The notes under the pieces: generated by a model | Seen by the model: the letters and a program-made list of their open reading frames with translations, nothing else | Databases searched by the model: none | Told to the model about the DNA's origin: nothing | Position numbers and translations under genes: made by a program | Part shown: positions 1-12,628 of the stretch, in pieces | How the letters are laid out: each line of letters begins with the position of its first letter | Position numbering within the stretch: position 1 is the first letter of the stretch | Origin: Mobula hypostoma | Taxonomy: Eukaryota | Direction of reading: 5' to 3' | DNA: 64,000 nucleotides | Assembly: GCF_963921235.1 (NCBI RefSeq) | Contig: NC_086097.1 | Coordinates: 144,896,001-144,960,000 of the forward strand

Positions 1-170
1 TCAAACCCTGCAGTTATTATGAAAGCGGCAGTCCCCAAAGTAGTAGGCATGGAAGGATACTGTATCAGTAAAGGTCATTGTGGATTTGGCGAGCCCATTG
101 ACCCATTTCAGAACCAGAATCAGGCTTATTATCACTGATAAATATCATTAAATATGTTATTTTGCTGCAA

Positions 171-328
171 GACATCATTCGTTTGTTATGTGCTGTGTCC
201 TGTGATGTAGGCGATCATGGTCTTTGCATGACCATGATTCTTCTTGGCAAATTATTCAAAAGAAGTAGTTTGCATTACCTTCTTCTGGGCAGTGTCTTTA
301 TAAGACAGGTCACCCCAGACATTATCAA
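171..328 (-). mobile_element. 3' half of a short RTE-tailed non-autonomous retroelement/SINE, split by the Rex1 insertion
   Basis: Minus strand reads CCCAGAAGAAGGTAATGCAAACTACTTC, resembling the RTE/BovB-type tail motif GAAGGCAATGGCAACCCACTCC. The sequence resumes at 3263-3462 after an ATCAA duplication. Confidence 0.5.
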
Positions 329-3262
329 GTTGAGTCTCTCAAAAGCAAAGGTGGAGGAGGTGTATGCCTCATGGTCAGCTCCTCTTAGTGCTCAAATGTA
401 TCACAGCTGTCCCAATTCTGCTCACCAGATCTGAAGTATCTCATAATTAAATGACATCCATTTTCACCTGCCGCGGGAGATTCCTGTGATCATTTTGGTG
501 AGCAGTGTACATTCCACGTCAGGCCAATGTCAAACAGGCTCTGACTGATCTATGCAATGTGATCAACATGCACGAATCACACCCCGGCACCTTCACCATC
601 ATTTTGGGGGATTTTAACTAGGCCAGCCTGAAAAAGTCACTAAATAATTAACATCAACAAATCACTTGTACTACCAGAGGAAGCAATACACTGGACCACT
701 GTTACACCTCTATCAAGAGTGCTTACCATGCTATTCTACACTGTTACTTCAGAAGGTCTGATCATCTGGCTGTACTTCTACTCCCTGAGCATAGGCAGAG
801 ACTGAAGACTGCAGCATCAGTAGTGAGGGGCAAGAAGGTTTGGACAAGGGAAGCACAGGAGCACCTACAGGACTGCCTTGAATCGTTGGACCGGGCTGTA
901 TACAGGGATTCATCTTCCAATCTGGATGGTATGCCGCAGTCGTTACCAACTTCATTAATACTTGCGCGGATGAGTGTGGGCCTACAAAAACTTGCTGTAC
1001 TTTCCCAAACCAAAAGCCATTGATGAATCAGGGATTCATTGTCTGCTGAGCGCGAGATTTGTGGCACTTCAGTCAGGTGACCCAGGTATATACAAGAAAA
1101 CCAGGTATGACTTGTGGAGGGCTATTTCAAGAGCAAAGAGATAATTCCGAGTGAGGTTGAAGGCGATGTCAAATACATGTCAACTCTGGCAGAGTTTACA
1201 AGACATTACTTCCTACAAAGCAAACCGAATAGCCTGAATGGCAGCAATGCTTCACTGTCAGATTATCTCAATGCCTTCTATGCCCATTTTGAAAAGGAGA
1301 CTATAACTGCAGCTGTAAATGTTGTGTCTTTGCACAACTACATACATATTAAATAAAAGAATACATGTAGAAGATGGTTTTAGCTGGTGTAGTCACATTG
1401 GGGGGAGAGAGTGGGAGAGAGAGGGGAGAGAGGGAGGGGAGAGGGAGAGAGAGGGGAGAGAGAGAGGGGAGAGAGAGAGGAGAGAGAGAGAGAGGGGAGG
1501 GAGAGAGGGAAAGAGAGAGAGGGGGAGAGATGGAAAAACAATGTGCATACGTAGATAACAGCTCATGCACAGGCAACAGGTCAATAGGTAGTGCTAAGAG
1601 GTGGGGGGTGGGTGTCTTTGCTCTAAAAGAAATAAATTCATACATTACAGTGAAGATCCCTGCTGCACCCAGTGATCTCCGTCTCAAAGGCCGATGTTGG
1701 CCTGTCTTTAGGGAGGGTGAACCCTTGCAAGGGAGCAGGCCCTGATGGAGTACCTGGTAAGGCTCTGAAAACTTGTACCAACAGCTAGCAGAAGGTTCAA
1801 GGTCATTTTCAAACTCTCACTGCTGCAGTAGGAAGTTTCCACCTGCTTCAAAAAGGCAACAATTATTCCAGTGCCTAAGAAGAGTAGTGTGAGCTGCCTT
1901 AATGACTATCACCCAGTAGCACTCACACCTCCGGTGATGAAATGCTTTGAGAAGTTGGTCACGGCTAGAATCAACTCCTGTCTCAGCAAGGATTTGGACC
2001 CACTACAATTTGCCTATCACCACAATAGGTCTATGGCAGATGCAATCTCTTCACACGGCCTTATGTCACCTGGACAATACAGACACTTATGTCAGGATGC
2101 TATTCATTGACTATAGCTCAGTATTTAGTACCATCATTCCCACAGTCCTGATCAAAAAAACTACAAAACCTGGGTCTCTGTACATCCCTCTGCAATTGGA
2201 TCCTTGACTTCTTAACCAGAAGACCACAATCTGTGTAGATTGATGATAATATCTCTTCCTTGCTGACGGTCAACAATGGCGCACCTCAGGGGTGTGTGCT
2301 TAGCCCACTGCTCTACACCCATGATTGTGTAACTAGGTATAGGTCAAATACCATCTATAAATTTGATGATATTATTATTAGAATCTCAGATGGAGATGAG
2401 AGGGCGAGATAGACCAGCTAGTTGAGTGGTGTTGCAGCAACAACCTTGTACTCAATGTCAGTAAGACCATAGAGCTGATTGTGAACTTCAGGAAGAGTAA
2501 GATGAGGGAATATGAACCAATCCTCAGAGGGATCTGAAGTGGAGAGAGTGAGCATTTTCAGGTTTCTGAGTGTCAAGATCTCTGAGGATCTAAACTGGTC
2601 CCAACATATTGACATAGCTATAAAGAAGACAAGACAGCAGCTATATTTTATTAGGAGTTTGAAAAGATTTGCTTTGTCACAGAAAACACCAGAAAACTTC
2701 TATAGATGTATTGCGGAGAGCATTCTGACAGGCTGCATCACTGTCTGGTTTGGGGGAGCTACTGCACAGACCAGAGAAGCTACAGAAGTTTGTTAAATTA
2801 GTCAGCTCCATCTTGGGTACTAGCCTCCGAAGTATCCAAGATATATCCAAGGAGCAGAGCCTCAGAAAGTCGACGTCCATTATTAAGGACCACTCCGCTC
2901 CCCCCCCCCCCCATCACCCAGGGCACGCGCTCTTCTCATTGTTACTGTGAGGAAGGAGGTACAGAAGCCTGTAGGGACACAGTGATTCAGGAACAGCTTC
3001 ACCCCTCTGCCATACAATTCCTAGATGGGCATTGCACCCATGAACACTAGCTCACTTTTTTTTTTCTTTTTAAATATATATTATTTATGTTTTTGCACTG
3101 CTTTAAATCTATTGAATGTATATATATACTTACTGTAATTGACTTACTGGGTTATTTATCTATTTATTCATTCTTTCTATATTATCAAGCAATCGCATTG
3201 TACTGTTGCTGCTAAGTTAACAAATTTCATGACACATGCTGATGATAATAAACCTGATCCTG
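329..3262 (+). mobile_element. Rex1/Babar-clade LINE, decayed APE+RT, 5'-truncated
   Basis: Fragmentary frames: AVYIPRQANVKQAL and IILGDFN (APE); [50 protein letters not shown] (RT). 3' end AATAAACCTGATCCTGAT. Flanked by ATCAA (324-328 / 3263-3267). Confidence 0.85.
1320..1649 (-). mobile_element. Solo LTR of the Gypsy family found at 40755-51900, containing a GA-rich microsatellite (about 1401-1530)
   Basis: Reverse complement starts TGTAATGTATG..TTTCTTTTAGAGCAA and ends TATGTAGTTGTGCAAAGACACAACA, matching the LTRs at 40755 and 50597-51900. 5-bp TSD GTAAA/GTGAA. Rex1 sequence is continuous across it. Confidence 0.85.
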
Positions 3263-3462
3263 ATCAATACTCTCCAGGGATGTCTGCCTGACAGATAAGG
3301 ATGCTCATACGACCATCCACCACCAGCTCCCGTGCCTTCGCATGACCCTGATCAGGTGGCTAAGCAGGTGCTACACCTTGCCCAAGGGTGACTTGCAGGG
3401 TAGTAGAGGAAAGGAACACTTTAAGCCTCCTTTGGTAGAGACGTATCTCCACCCTGCCACCC
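3263..3462 (-). mobile_element. 5' half of the RTE-tailed short element whose 3' half is at 171-328
   Basis: Joins 171-328 once the Rex1 insert is removed (CCAGACATTATCAA|TACTCTCCAGGG). The outer flanks (112-170 and 3463 onward) look like a split Rex1-type 3' tail. Confidence 0.5.
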
Positions 3463-3842
3463 AGTGCAATGCATGATATATACTACATATTATCACAACA
3501 AATATATATATTTTTTAACTTGATAAATACCCATTTCTATGTAGAATCACTCCATGACCCTGACTCAATGCAAAAGATACATGCAAATCCAATGCAATGT
3601 CTGTGTACATCACATAGAAGTTTAATGTGGAAGTTCAGGGATATGGGTTTAGAAGAGTGATGCTGTAATACTCCTTGGATACCTTCCTGTTTTTGATTTC
3701 GCAAGCAAAGGGAGAGACCTTATTAGTGAATCAGAGAAAAAAATTGAGCTATTTCTGGTGTGCCCTACCCACTCAGATAAATAATAGTTCAGAACTGTGA
3801 GATCTGGGCTGGTTTTGAGGGATGTGTATGTCCTGTGATGTG

Positions 3843-3980
3843 TGAGTCCAGATGAGGGGTGTAGGCTCAAAATGTCAACGATTTACTCTTTTCTATAAAT
3901 GCTGCCTGGCCTGTTGAGTTACACCAGCAATTTGTGTGTGTTGCTTAGATTTCCAGCATCTGCAGGTTTTCTCATGTTTC
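3843..3980 (+). repeat. Penelope-type 3' terminal repeat with decayed hammerhead motif
   Basis: AGTC-CAGATGA-GGGGTGTAGGCTC-AAAATGTC followed by ATGCTGCCTGGCCTGTTGAGTT..CCAGCA..TGTGTGTTGC, homologous to 22512-22604. Confidence 0.7.
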
Positions 3981-4124
3981 AGGGGTGTGAGGAGGCCTGC
4001 AATCAGGAAGTAGGCTGAGGGTAAGGTAAGAGTCCGTGAAGTGTGAAGAGAAGTTGGATCGAAAAGGGGTATTAGCAATTGTGCTACAAGGGTGAACTGA
4101 CAAAAGCACTTTAAATCTGATGAC

Positions 4125-5022
4125 TAGTATGTCTGCTCTTACCCCATCCTCCCGCCACCCTGCTAGGGATAGGGTTCCTCTTGTCCTCACCTACCACCCC
4201 ACCAGGCTCCGTGTCCAGCACATAATTCGCCGAAACTTCCGCCATCTCTATGGGATCTCACCACCAAATGCATCTTTCCCTCCCCCCCCCCACTTTCTGC
4301 TTTCCACAGGGATCACTCCCTACACAACTCCCTTGTCTATTCATCCCTCCCCACTGATCTCCCTCCTGGCCCTTATCCTTGCAAGCGGAGCAAGTGCTAC
4401 ACCTGCCCTACGCCTGCTTCTTCACTACCATTCAGGGCCCCAAACAGTCCTTCTAGGTGAGGCAACACTTCACCTGAGAGTCTGCTGGGGTCACTTACTG
4501 TGTCTGGTGCTCCCAGTGTGGCCTCCTGTATATTAATGAGACCCAACGGAGATTGGAAGATCGCTTCACTGAGCATCTGGTGGATGGAGTACAGAAAAAG
4601 TGGGATCTCCCAGTGGCCACCCATTTTAATTCCACTTTCCATTCCCATTCCGATATATCTAGCCATGGCCCCCTCCACTGTCGTGATGAGGCCACACTTA
4701 GGTTGGAGGAACAACACCTTATATTCCGTTTGTGTAACCTCTAACCTGATGGCATGAACATCGATTTCTCAAACTTCCAGTAATGCCCACCTCCATTACT
4801 CATCTCCTTTTCTCTCTCTCACCTCATCTCACCAATCAACTTCTCAGCTCTTTACTTTATCTCTCCCCCTCCAGGTTTCACGTTTCACTTGGTGGTTCAC
4901 TTTCCCCTCCCCCTACCTTTTAAATCTACTCCTCAGCTTTTTTTCTCCAGTCTTGCTGAAGGGTTTTGGTCCGAAACATCAACTAGCCTGTTGAGTTTCT
5001 CCAGTGTTTTGTGTGTGTTGCA
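4125..5022 (+). mobile_element. Penelope-like element 3' fragment (GIY-YIG endonuclease), frameshifted
   Basis: RVPLVLTYHPT and DLPVATHFNS..HSDIS..EEQHLIFRL are homologous to ORF 21474-22217. Pyrimidine-rich 3' UTR and decayed hammerhead at about 4949-4984. Confidence 0.9.
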
Positions 5023-5774
5023 TGGTGTTACCACAACGTCCAATGTTCCCAGGACTAGGGATGGCCTCAGAGTGGGATCTTCAAGCAGGAGTTCGGCCCC
5101 TGACCTGCAATGGTCCTATTTTAGATACAAGTTCTGATCATCTGTTTTTCTTTCCCTTCGTCAACATGTCTTGCCCTACATTTCCAGCTGGACATATGCA
5201 TTTGATTCCTACCCATCAAATTAATGGTTTACCAAAATGGCTAATGACCGAAATGAGGTATTTCTAACTGGATTCACATGCCTAGCACAAAATTCAGCTT
5301 TATGCATGAGCTGTACCAAACATCAATTCAATCTGAAAATCAAAACACGAGAATAACAACCAAATTAGCAGGATAGAGTCCTGCAGCTGATCCACTCGGA
5401 TATTCAGATCACTAACCAGGATCATTATTTTTGGCAGCCTGTCAACATCTGAAATTAACACAAGCCTTTGATCAACAGCAATGAATTATAATAATTAGCT
5501 CCTGGTCTGCCTGGTATGTCTTGCTCTTGAGCAGGCCAATCAGCAATATTTAAAGGAGTCACTGAGGGACATTCATCTAAACAACCCAAAACCTCAGTAA
5601 TGTTGTTGATTAGGGAACCAGAAAGAGGAGGAGTGTAACTCTTGATTTCTCCTACAATAATATAAGGTCTGTTAATCCACAGTTCGGTGACCCACAGCCT
5701 CATCTGGACCCAGTCACGCTTAGAATCCTGGCTAAGGAAATACTCCCCGAGCATTCACCACACATGAATTTAGC

Positions 5775-6025
5775 CATAATCAGAGTACTACAGCACAGAA
5801 ACAGGCCCTTCAGCCATCTAATCCATACCAAACTGCATCTTCCCATCAACTTGCACCGGGACCATAGCCCTTCATTCTCCTCCCATCCATATACCTCTCC
5901 AAATTTCTCTGAAGTGGTGAAATCAAACCTGCATCCACCACTTCACTGTCAGCTTGTTCCATATTCTCACCACCCTCTGAATGAATATGTTTCCCCTCAT
6001 GTTCCTCTTAAACATTTTACCTTTC
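5775..6025 (-). mobile_element. CR1 LINE 3'-end fragment, old
   Basis: CAGCACAGAAACAGGCCCTTCAGCC is the reverse complement of the tail type at about 14385-14427, followed by a degraded ORF2 C-terminus. Confidence 0.55.
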
Positions 6026-7070
6026 AAGGCTCCCTTCTGCAATCTCCTGCTATCCTTACTGATGGATCTTCTTCACCCCCCTGCCTTAGCACTCAGCCCC
6101 TTTACCTCGGATTCCCAATTCCACTCAAACTTCTAAGGCTATTCCTTTTTTTACCATGCTTCAAATCAAGTCGAGTTGCTTTTATTGTCATTTCAACCAT
6201 AACATCTGGTAGAGTACACAGTAAAAACGAAACAATGTTCCTCCAGAACCATGGTGCTATATGAAACAACACATAACTGTGTGTGTATAGGTTGGTGTCA
6301 GACTAGACTCTGGGAATTGAGGAGTCTAATGGCTTGGGGGAAGAAACTATTACATATGCTTCTGAAACATATCCTGAAAATCAACTCACCTACTAAACTA
6401 ATTTCAGCCTTTTATTATCTCTTTTTTAAAAAAAAAATTATTCTGTCTGGGCCTTCCATTTCTGGTATGTCTCTCTATATAGTATGTGTGTTCTGCTATA
6501 AATACAAGCTGGCTCTGATGTTATGAAGTAGCCAGTCTATTAGTTATTAAATGTCAGATTAATATCATAGCAACCAAGTGAACTAACACAGACACCAAAG
6601 TCCATTTGATTTACCTTAGTACCACAGATATATGTCACAGTGGTCAGTAATAGCATGTTGCAGGCAGGAACCCAAGAACAGTTCACTTGACTACCCTTTC
6701 AAATCCTTGGATCACACCTGACACAAACCACACCAAGTGATAGATTAAATAAACAATTTACAAAAAAATAAATCACACCAGAGGCAGAAAGAAGTTATGA
6801 GTGAGCAGCAAATACACACAGTTTCTTTTAAGCAGGTAACTGACTCACAGTCTAATCTTAATGGGGCTCCACCCTCAGAAGAAAAGGCTGCACAAGCTGC
6901 CATGATAAAAATGATTGATTATTCATCAACCTTACTAAGAAGTAATCCATTCCAAACAGCCCTCGTTGAAACCATTAGGGGTTTAATTTGGCATGGTTGT
7001 GATCCCAAAATGAGTGAAATTGTAAAAAATAAATATAGTTCAGAGGCTGATGTGTTTCATGCTCTATTAA

Positions 7071-7478
7071 CCCTTACATACAGTTCATCTTCTATACCTT
7101 CACAGTATGGTCTGGGTCAATTTTGACCCAGCCCAAGAATCCCCTCATAACAAGTGTCTATACCAAATTTTGAACCACAGATCTACTTAGAATGAATAAA
7201 TAGCCTATCTGACATTAATAAATAGGTGATTAATCCTTAATTAATGTTTCAGAGATTTAATAGATATGGGTCAAATTTGACCCAGAACAGCCTAAATGTA
7301 CAAAAATCTGTAGCACCTGTACAAAAGTAAAATATTTTTAAAATATTTTCATTTTTTGCATATTTTGGGTCACTTTAGGAAAAGTCATCAAATTTCGGCT
7401 AAAAAAATGGCATTTAGGGTGTTTTTACTGCTGTCAAATGTCAAAATGGGTCAAATTTGACCAAACAGTATGTAAGTG
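7071..7478. mobile_element. piggyBac-like MITE (TTAA TSD)
   Basis: TTAA|CCCTTACATACAGTTC ... AAACAGTATGTAAGTG|TTAA, with imperfect TIRs. Three internal palindromes GGGTCAA(A/T)TTTGACC at about 7112, 7267 and 7449. Confidence 0.8.
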
Positions 7479-10010
7479 TTAATAGATTAACAGATGGCTG
7501 AAATAAGTGCAGACTTCATTTCAACATTGAGATGAAGCCTTGCGCCCATATCCATCCCCGAGTGATAAATGAGCCAATTCAAATGTAGCTCCAATCCGTA
7601 TGGTCCAATTTGAATTTGTAACAAGTGGAGATCATTCGAACAAAAGGGCCCTAAAAACAGAAATATTTACCGTAGTGCCAGACGGAGTGGGAATTGCTCA
7701 GCTGGTCTCATGCCTTCCTAATAACTTTTCCCCGCCCTTTAGCCTCCCCATTTACAGCCCACTATTATCCTTTGCTGAGTCATTTCTGTGAGGTATCATG
7801 GTTCAAATTTAGTCTGATCATTAGGCCTTTAGGTTCAAGATTCCTATCATTTGTTGAAACTCTGTTATTAAGAATTTATTCCCATTGCCTTTGCTTTTGC
7901 TCTTGCCATTCTAGAGCAGAGGGATGCACAGAAGGCCATAAAGTCATGCAGACAACTGCATCATATATTCAGGGATCTCCTGAATATACTCATAACTTCA
8001 CAATGCCCAGTCCCACTCTATCCACTGCCCTCTCCAACTCTCAAGTCCAATGAATAGGCTGGGATCCTCCGCTGGCAACTATTACTTTTATTTTATGAAG
8101 CTATGCAGAGGGAGTATAAAATTCACCCTTTCAGTTTGTGCGGAGATGTATTACCATATTATTATTACACACTCTGGGCTGCTCTGTAGAAAACGGAATC
8201 ACTGGAAGACACATAAACCCAGTCAGAGAAGCATTTTTCTGGCCATGGTCCATGGCCCATTGTTTCACAATTAGACCTGTCAATATGCACAGTTACAAAT
8301 GTCATTCATTTCATGTCATTCCCCACCTTGTCAACCAGTGGGGATCCTCGCCCTTCCTTCCTGGAAGCTCCACGCCATAGGTATTATAGCACCTGTGCCT
8401 ACCCCATTCTGCATGCTGTCGGTTGAGGCAGTGTATAAACACCTGTTGCCCTAGGCATGAAATTTGTCCAGTGCCAGCGTGAAAAAAAATTGCACGTTTT
8501 GGTAGGATCTACACAGGCCCATGAAATTGTGTTGACTTGATTCTCACATTTGGAGAAATTGTTATGTCTCTGAATCACCTTAAAACCTGGAAAAAGTGTT
8601 GAATTTTGGGAAGTCCTCTGAAATATTAACACTGCATCTCTCTCCAAAGATGTTGTTTCATCTGTGAGCATCCACAGTATTGTCTGTTTTTATTTCAGAT
8701 TTCTAGTATTTAGAGTTTTTGTTTTCCATTCACATCAATATCCACCTGCTAGGAGTACATTGATTTCGGGACGCACATGGAAAGGTTGGCAGAAACTATT
8801 ACAGGAAAGTTAATTCATTCATTACTAAATTTACGTCTGCAATATTCCAGATCACAGTTCTCCTCTATGCTTTTTGTGAGACTAGATAAAGAGTTGGAGT
8901 TTTTACTTGTGAGACTGTTGTCCAAGTTTCCCTTCATAAAATCACACTAAAACAAACATTGTCAACTTTGACATTGATTCCCTGTAGATGAGTTTGAAGT
9001 TGGCATTTCTCTCAAGATCAATTGCTGCATGTGTGATCTTTGCACCCATCACTTAAAGACATTCAATGTTTGGAGTAGTGAGTGAGAGAGCGACATCTTG
9101 CACAGTGGGAGCCATTTGGAAAAAGCAAGGCTCGTCAGGAGTGAGTCATTGTTGAAGTAGTGGGAGAGAGTGAGATCATTCAGAGTGAGTTTTATTTTAG
9201 CCAATAAAAAAAGAGGCATAAGTGGAGCAGCTATTGTGGGAGTGGCAATTGTTGGAGTTGCCCAGAATTAAAGACTTTGGATGAGCAGGCTTCAATGAGA
9301 ATATGCAAAGATTACGGATGGTGTGTGTTTTGGAATCATTTTGCTGATTGTAGACCTTAAGATTATGAAGTTAGAGCCATATGTAAAATAATTATAGGCA
9401 GGATGGTAGCCATGGCAGTGGGCTGCTCCTCCTGTAAGATATGGGATTGCAGGGTACCTATCGGTCTCCCTGATAACTACATCTGCAGGAAGTACACCCA
9501 ACTTCAGCTCCTAATTGACAAGGTCAAGGAACTGGAGCTGGGTGTATTCAGGACAATCTGGAAGGCTGAAAAACTCATAGATAGGAGTTCTACAGAGATA
9601 GTCAATCCCTGAGTGCAGGCTGCAAATAGTAAATCAGTGACCACAAGGAGGAGAAAGGAGAGTAAGACATCAGTGCAGAATTCCCCTGTGGCCATTCTCC
9701 TCAGCAACAAATATGTCCCTTTGGATACTGCTGAGGTGGGGGATGACCTATCAAGGCACAGCAAAAGAGGCCAGGCTAGTTGTACAGTGGCCAGCCCCTC
9801 AGCAGGGGACGGTAAAGTCAGGTAGTGTGATAGTGATAGGAGACTTGATAGGGAGATAGACATAGACTCTGTGACCACAACAAAGATGCTAGGATGGTGT
9901 GTTGTCTCCCAATTGCTAGGCTCGAGGATGTCTCAGAATGACTACAGAATATTCTCAAGAGGGAAGATGAGCAGCCAGAAGGGATGGTACACATTGGCAC
10001 CAATGACATA

Positions 10011-11245
10011 CAGAGCCTATAAAAGGTACTCACCCCCATGGAAGCTTTCATGTTTTATTGTTTTACAGCATTGAATCGCAGTGGATTTTATTTAGCTTTT
10101 TATGACACTGATCAAAAGAAAAAGACTCTTTCATGTCAGTGAAAATAGATCTCTACAAAGTGATCTAAATTAATTGCAAATATAAAATACAAAATAATTG
10201 ATTGCATGAGTATTCATCCCATTTAATATGACACACCAAATCATCACTGATGCAGCCAATTGGTTTTAGAAGTCACATAATAAAATAAATGGAGATCTGT
10301 TGTAGTCAAGGTGTTTCAATTGACTGTAGTAAAAATACACCTGTATCTGCAAGGTCCAACTGTTGGTGAGTCAGTATCCTGGCAAAAACTACACCATGAA
10401 GACAATAGAACACACCAAGCCACTCTACAAAAAGGTTATTGAAAAGGACAAGTCAGGGGATGGATAAAAGAAAATATCCAAGTTACAGAATATCCCTTTG
10501 AGTACATTTAAGTCAATCATCAAGAAATGGAAGGAATATGGCAAGCTGTAAATCTGCCTAGAGCACGCGATCCTCAAAAACTGAGTGACCATGCAAGAAG
10601 GGGACTAGTGAGGGAGGCTACCAAGAAACCTATGACAACTCTGGAGGAGTTACAAGTTTCAGTGGCTGAGAGGGAGAGACTGTGCAGACAGCAACTGTGG
10701 CCCGGGTGCTTCACAGCTTTCTGGGTTAGTGGCTAAGAGAAAGCCACTGCTGAGAAACAACTCACATGATATCTTGGATAGAGTTTGCCATAAGGCATGT
10801 AGAACACTCTGAGGTCAGCTGGAAAAAGGATCTATGGTCTGATGAAACCAAAATTGAGCTTTTTGGCCATCAGACTAATCCCTATATTTGGCATAAGCCA
10901 AACACTGCACATCATCAAAAATGTACCATCCACCATGAAGAATGCTGGTGGCTGCATCATACTGTGGGGATGCTTCACTGCAGCAGGCCCTAGAAGGCTT
11001 GTGAAGGCAGAGGGTAAAATGAATGTAGCAAAGTACAGGGAAATCCTAGAGGAAAACCTGATACAGTCTGCAAGAGAACTGCAACCTGGAGACAATTTGT
11101 TTTCCAGTAAGACAATGACCCCAAATATATAGCCAAATCTACACAGAAATGACTTAAAAACAACAAAGTTAATGTTCAGGAGTGGCCAAGTCAGAATAAA
11201 GAATGAAAACTTCCAAGGGAGGGTGAATAATTTTTATAAGCACTG
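10011..11245 (+). mobile_element. Tc1-family DNA transposon, internally deleted, decayed transposase
   Basis: TA|CAGAGCCTATAAAAGGTACTCACCCCC..GGAAG ... CTTCC..GGGTGAATAATTTTTATAAGCACTG|TA. Transposase motifs LWSDETKIELFG, GGCIILWGCF, DNDP-like, EWPSQ. Interrupts the CR1 esterase at GTNDI|DR. Confidence 0.92.
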
Positions 11246-12628
11246 TAGATAGAAAAGGAGAAGAGGCCTTGCACAGTGAGTATAGAGACTTCGAGAAGAG
11301 GGTGAAGAGCAGTCTCCAGATTACTCCCAGTGCCACGTACTAGTTAGGGTAGGGGTATGATGATAATACAGGTGAACGGGTGGCTGAGAATCTGGTGCAC
11401 GAGGCAGGTTTCAGTGTACGTACTGGATCATTGGGATCACTTCTGGGGAAGGTGTGACTTGTACAAAAAAGATGTTACACTCAACCCAAAGGGTCCAATA
11501 TTCTTGTGGGCAGGTCTGCTAGAACTGTTGGGAAGGATTTAAGCTAATATGGCGGGGGGATGGGAACCGGAGTGATAATGCTGAAGATGGGGCAGTCAGT
11601 ATAGAAGTAGATGCAATATGTGGAGAGATTGTGAGGAAGGACAGGCATTTGAAAGGGCAAAATTGCAGTCAGTGGGATAAGGTGCAGCATAACATGGGGG
11701 CAAAGTTGAAAAGAGTGATGAATACAGCAGTGAAGGGGTTATATTTGAATGCATGCAGAATAGGAAGTAAGGTAGATGACTTTGTGGTGCAGTTAGAGAT
11801 TTGCAGGCATGATGTTGTGGGCATCACTGAGTCATGGTTGAAAGATGATCATAGTAGGGAGTTTAACATCCAAGGATGCTCATTGTATTGAAAGGTCAGG
11901 AAGGTAGGGTAGGCAGAAGGGGTGGGGTGGATCTATTGGTAAAAAAATCAAATCAAATCATTAGAAAGAGGTGACATAGGATTGGTAGACAGAGAATACT
12001 TGTTGGTAGAGTTAAGAAACTGCAAGGGTGAAAAGACCCTGATGGGAGCTAGATGCAGGCCTCCAAACAGAAGACAGTACATGAGATATAAATTACAATT
12101 TGAGATAGAAAAAGTATGTAAAAAGGGCAACAATCATGGAGGATTTCAATATGCAGGTAGATTGGGAAAATGCTGGATCTCAACAGGGGAATGTGTAAAA
12201 TGCTTATGAGGTAGCTTTTTAGAGCAGCTTGTGGTTCAGCTGCTAGGCAAATGGCAATTTTGAATTGGGTGTTGCGTAATTGATTAGGGAGCTTAAATTA
12301 AAAGAACTCTTTGGAGGCACTGATCATAATATGATAGAATTCATAGTGCAGTTTGAGATGGAGAAGATAAAGTCAGATGTATCAGTGTGGAGTAAAAGGA
12401 ATTAGAGAATTATCACAGTGGAGTAAAAGGAATTACAGAGATATGCGTGAGGAGCTGCCGAAAGTTAATTGAAAGGGGCACTATCAGGGATGATGACAGA
12501 AGAGCAATGGCTGGAGTTTCTGGAGGCAATTCAGTAGGCGCAGGACAGATACATCCCAAAGATGAACAAGTATACTAAAGGGGAGAAGAGGCTGATAAAG
12601 GGAGTCAAAGACAGCATAAAAGAAACAG

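Noticed and set aside
1319..1745. Arg/Glu/Gly-rich and Leu/Ser/Pro-rich ORFs
   Set aside because: They are translations of the GA microsatellite inside the solo LTR.
3350..3462. HDV-like ribozyme at the 5' end of the RTE-tailed element (minus strand GGGTGGC can pair with GTCACCC; hairpin AGGTG-TAG-CACCT follows)
   Set aside because: I could not place a canonical P3/L3/P1.1 between the candidate P2 and P1 strands. It would need a consensus sequence and a descriptor search.
6797..7126. 109-aa ORF as a host exon
   Set aside because: No recognisable domain, it runs into the MITE, and splice-site support is unconvincing.
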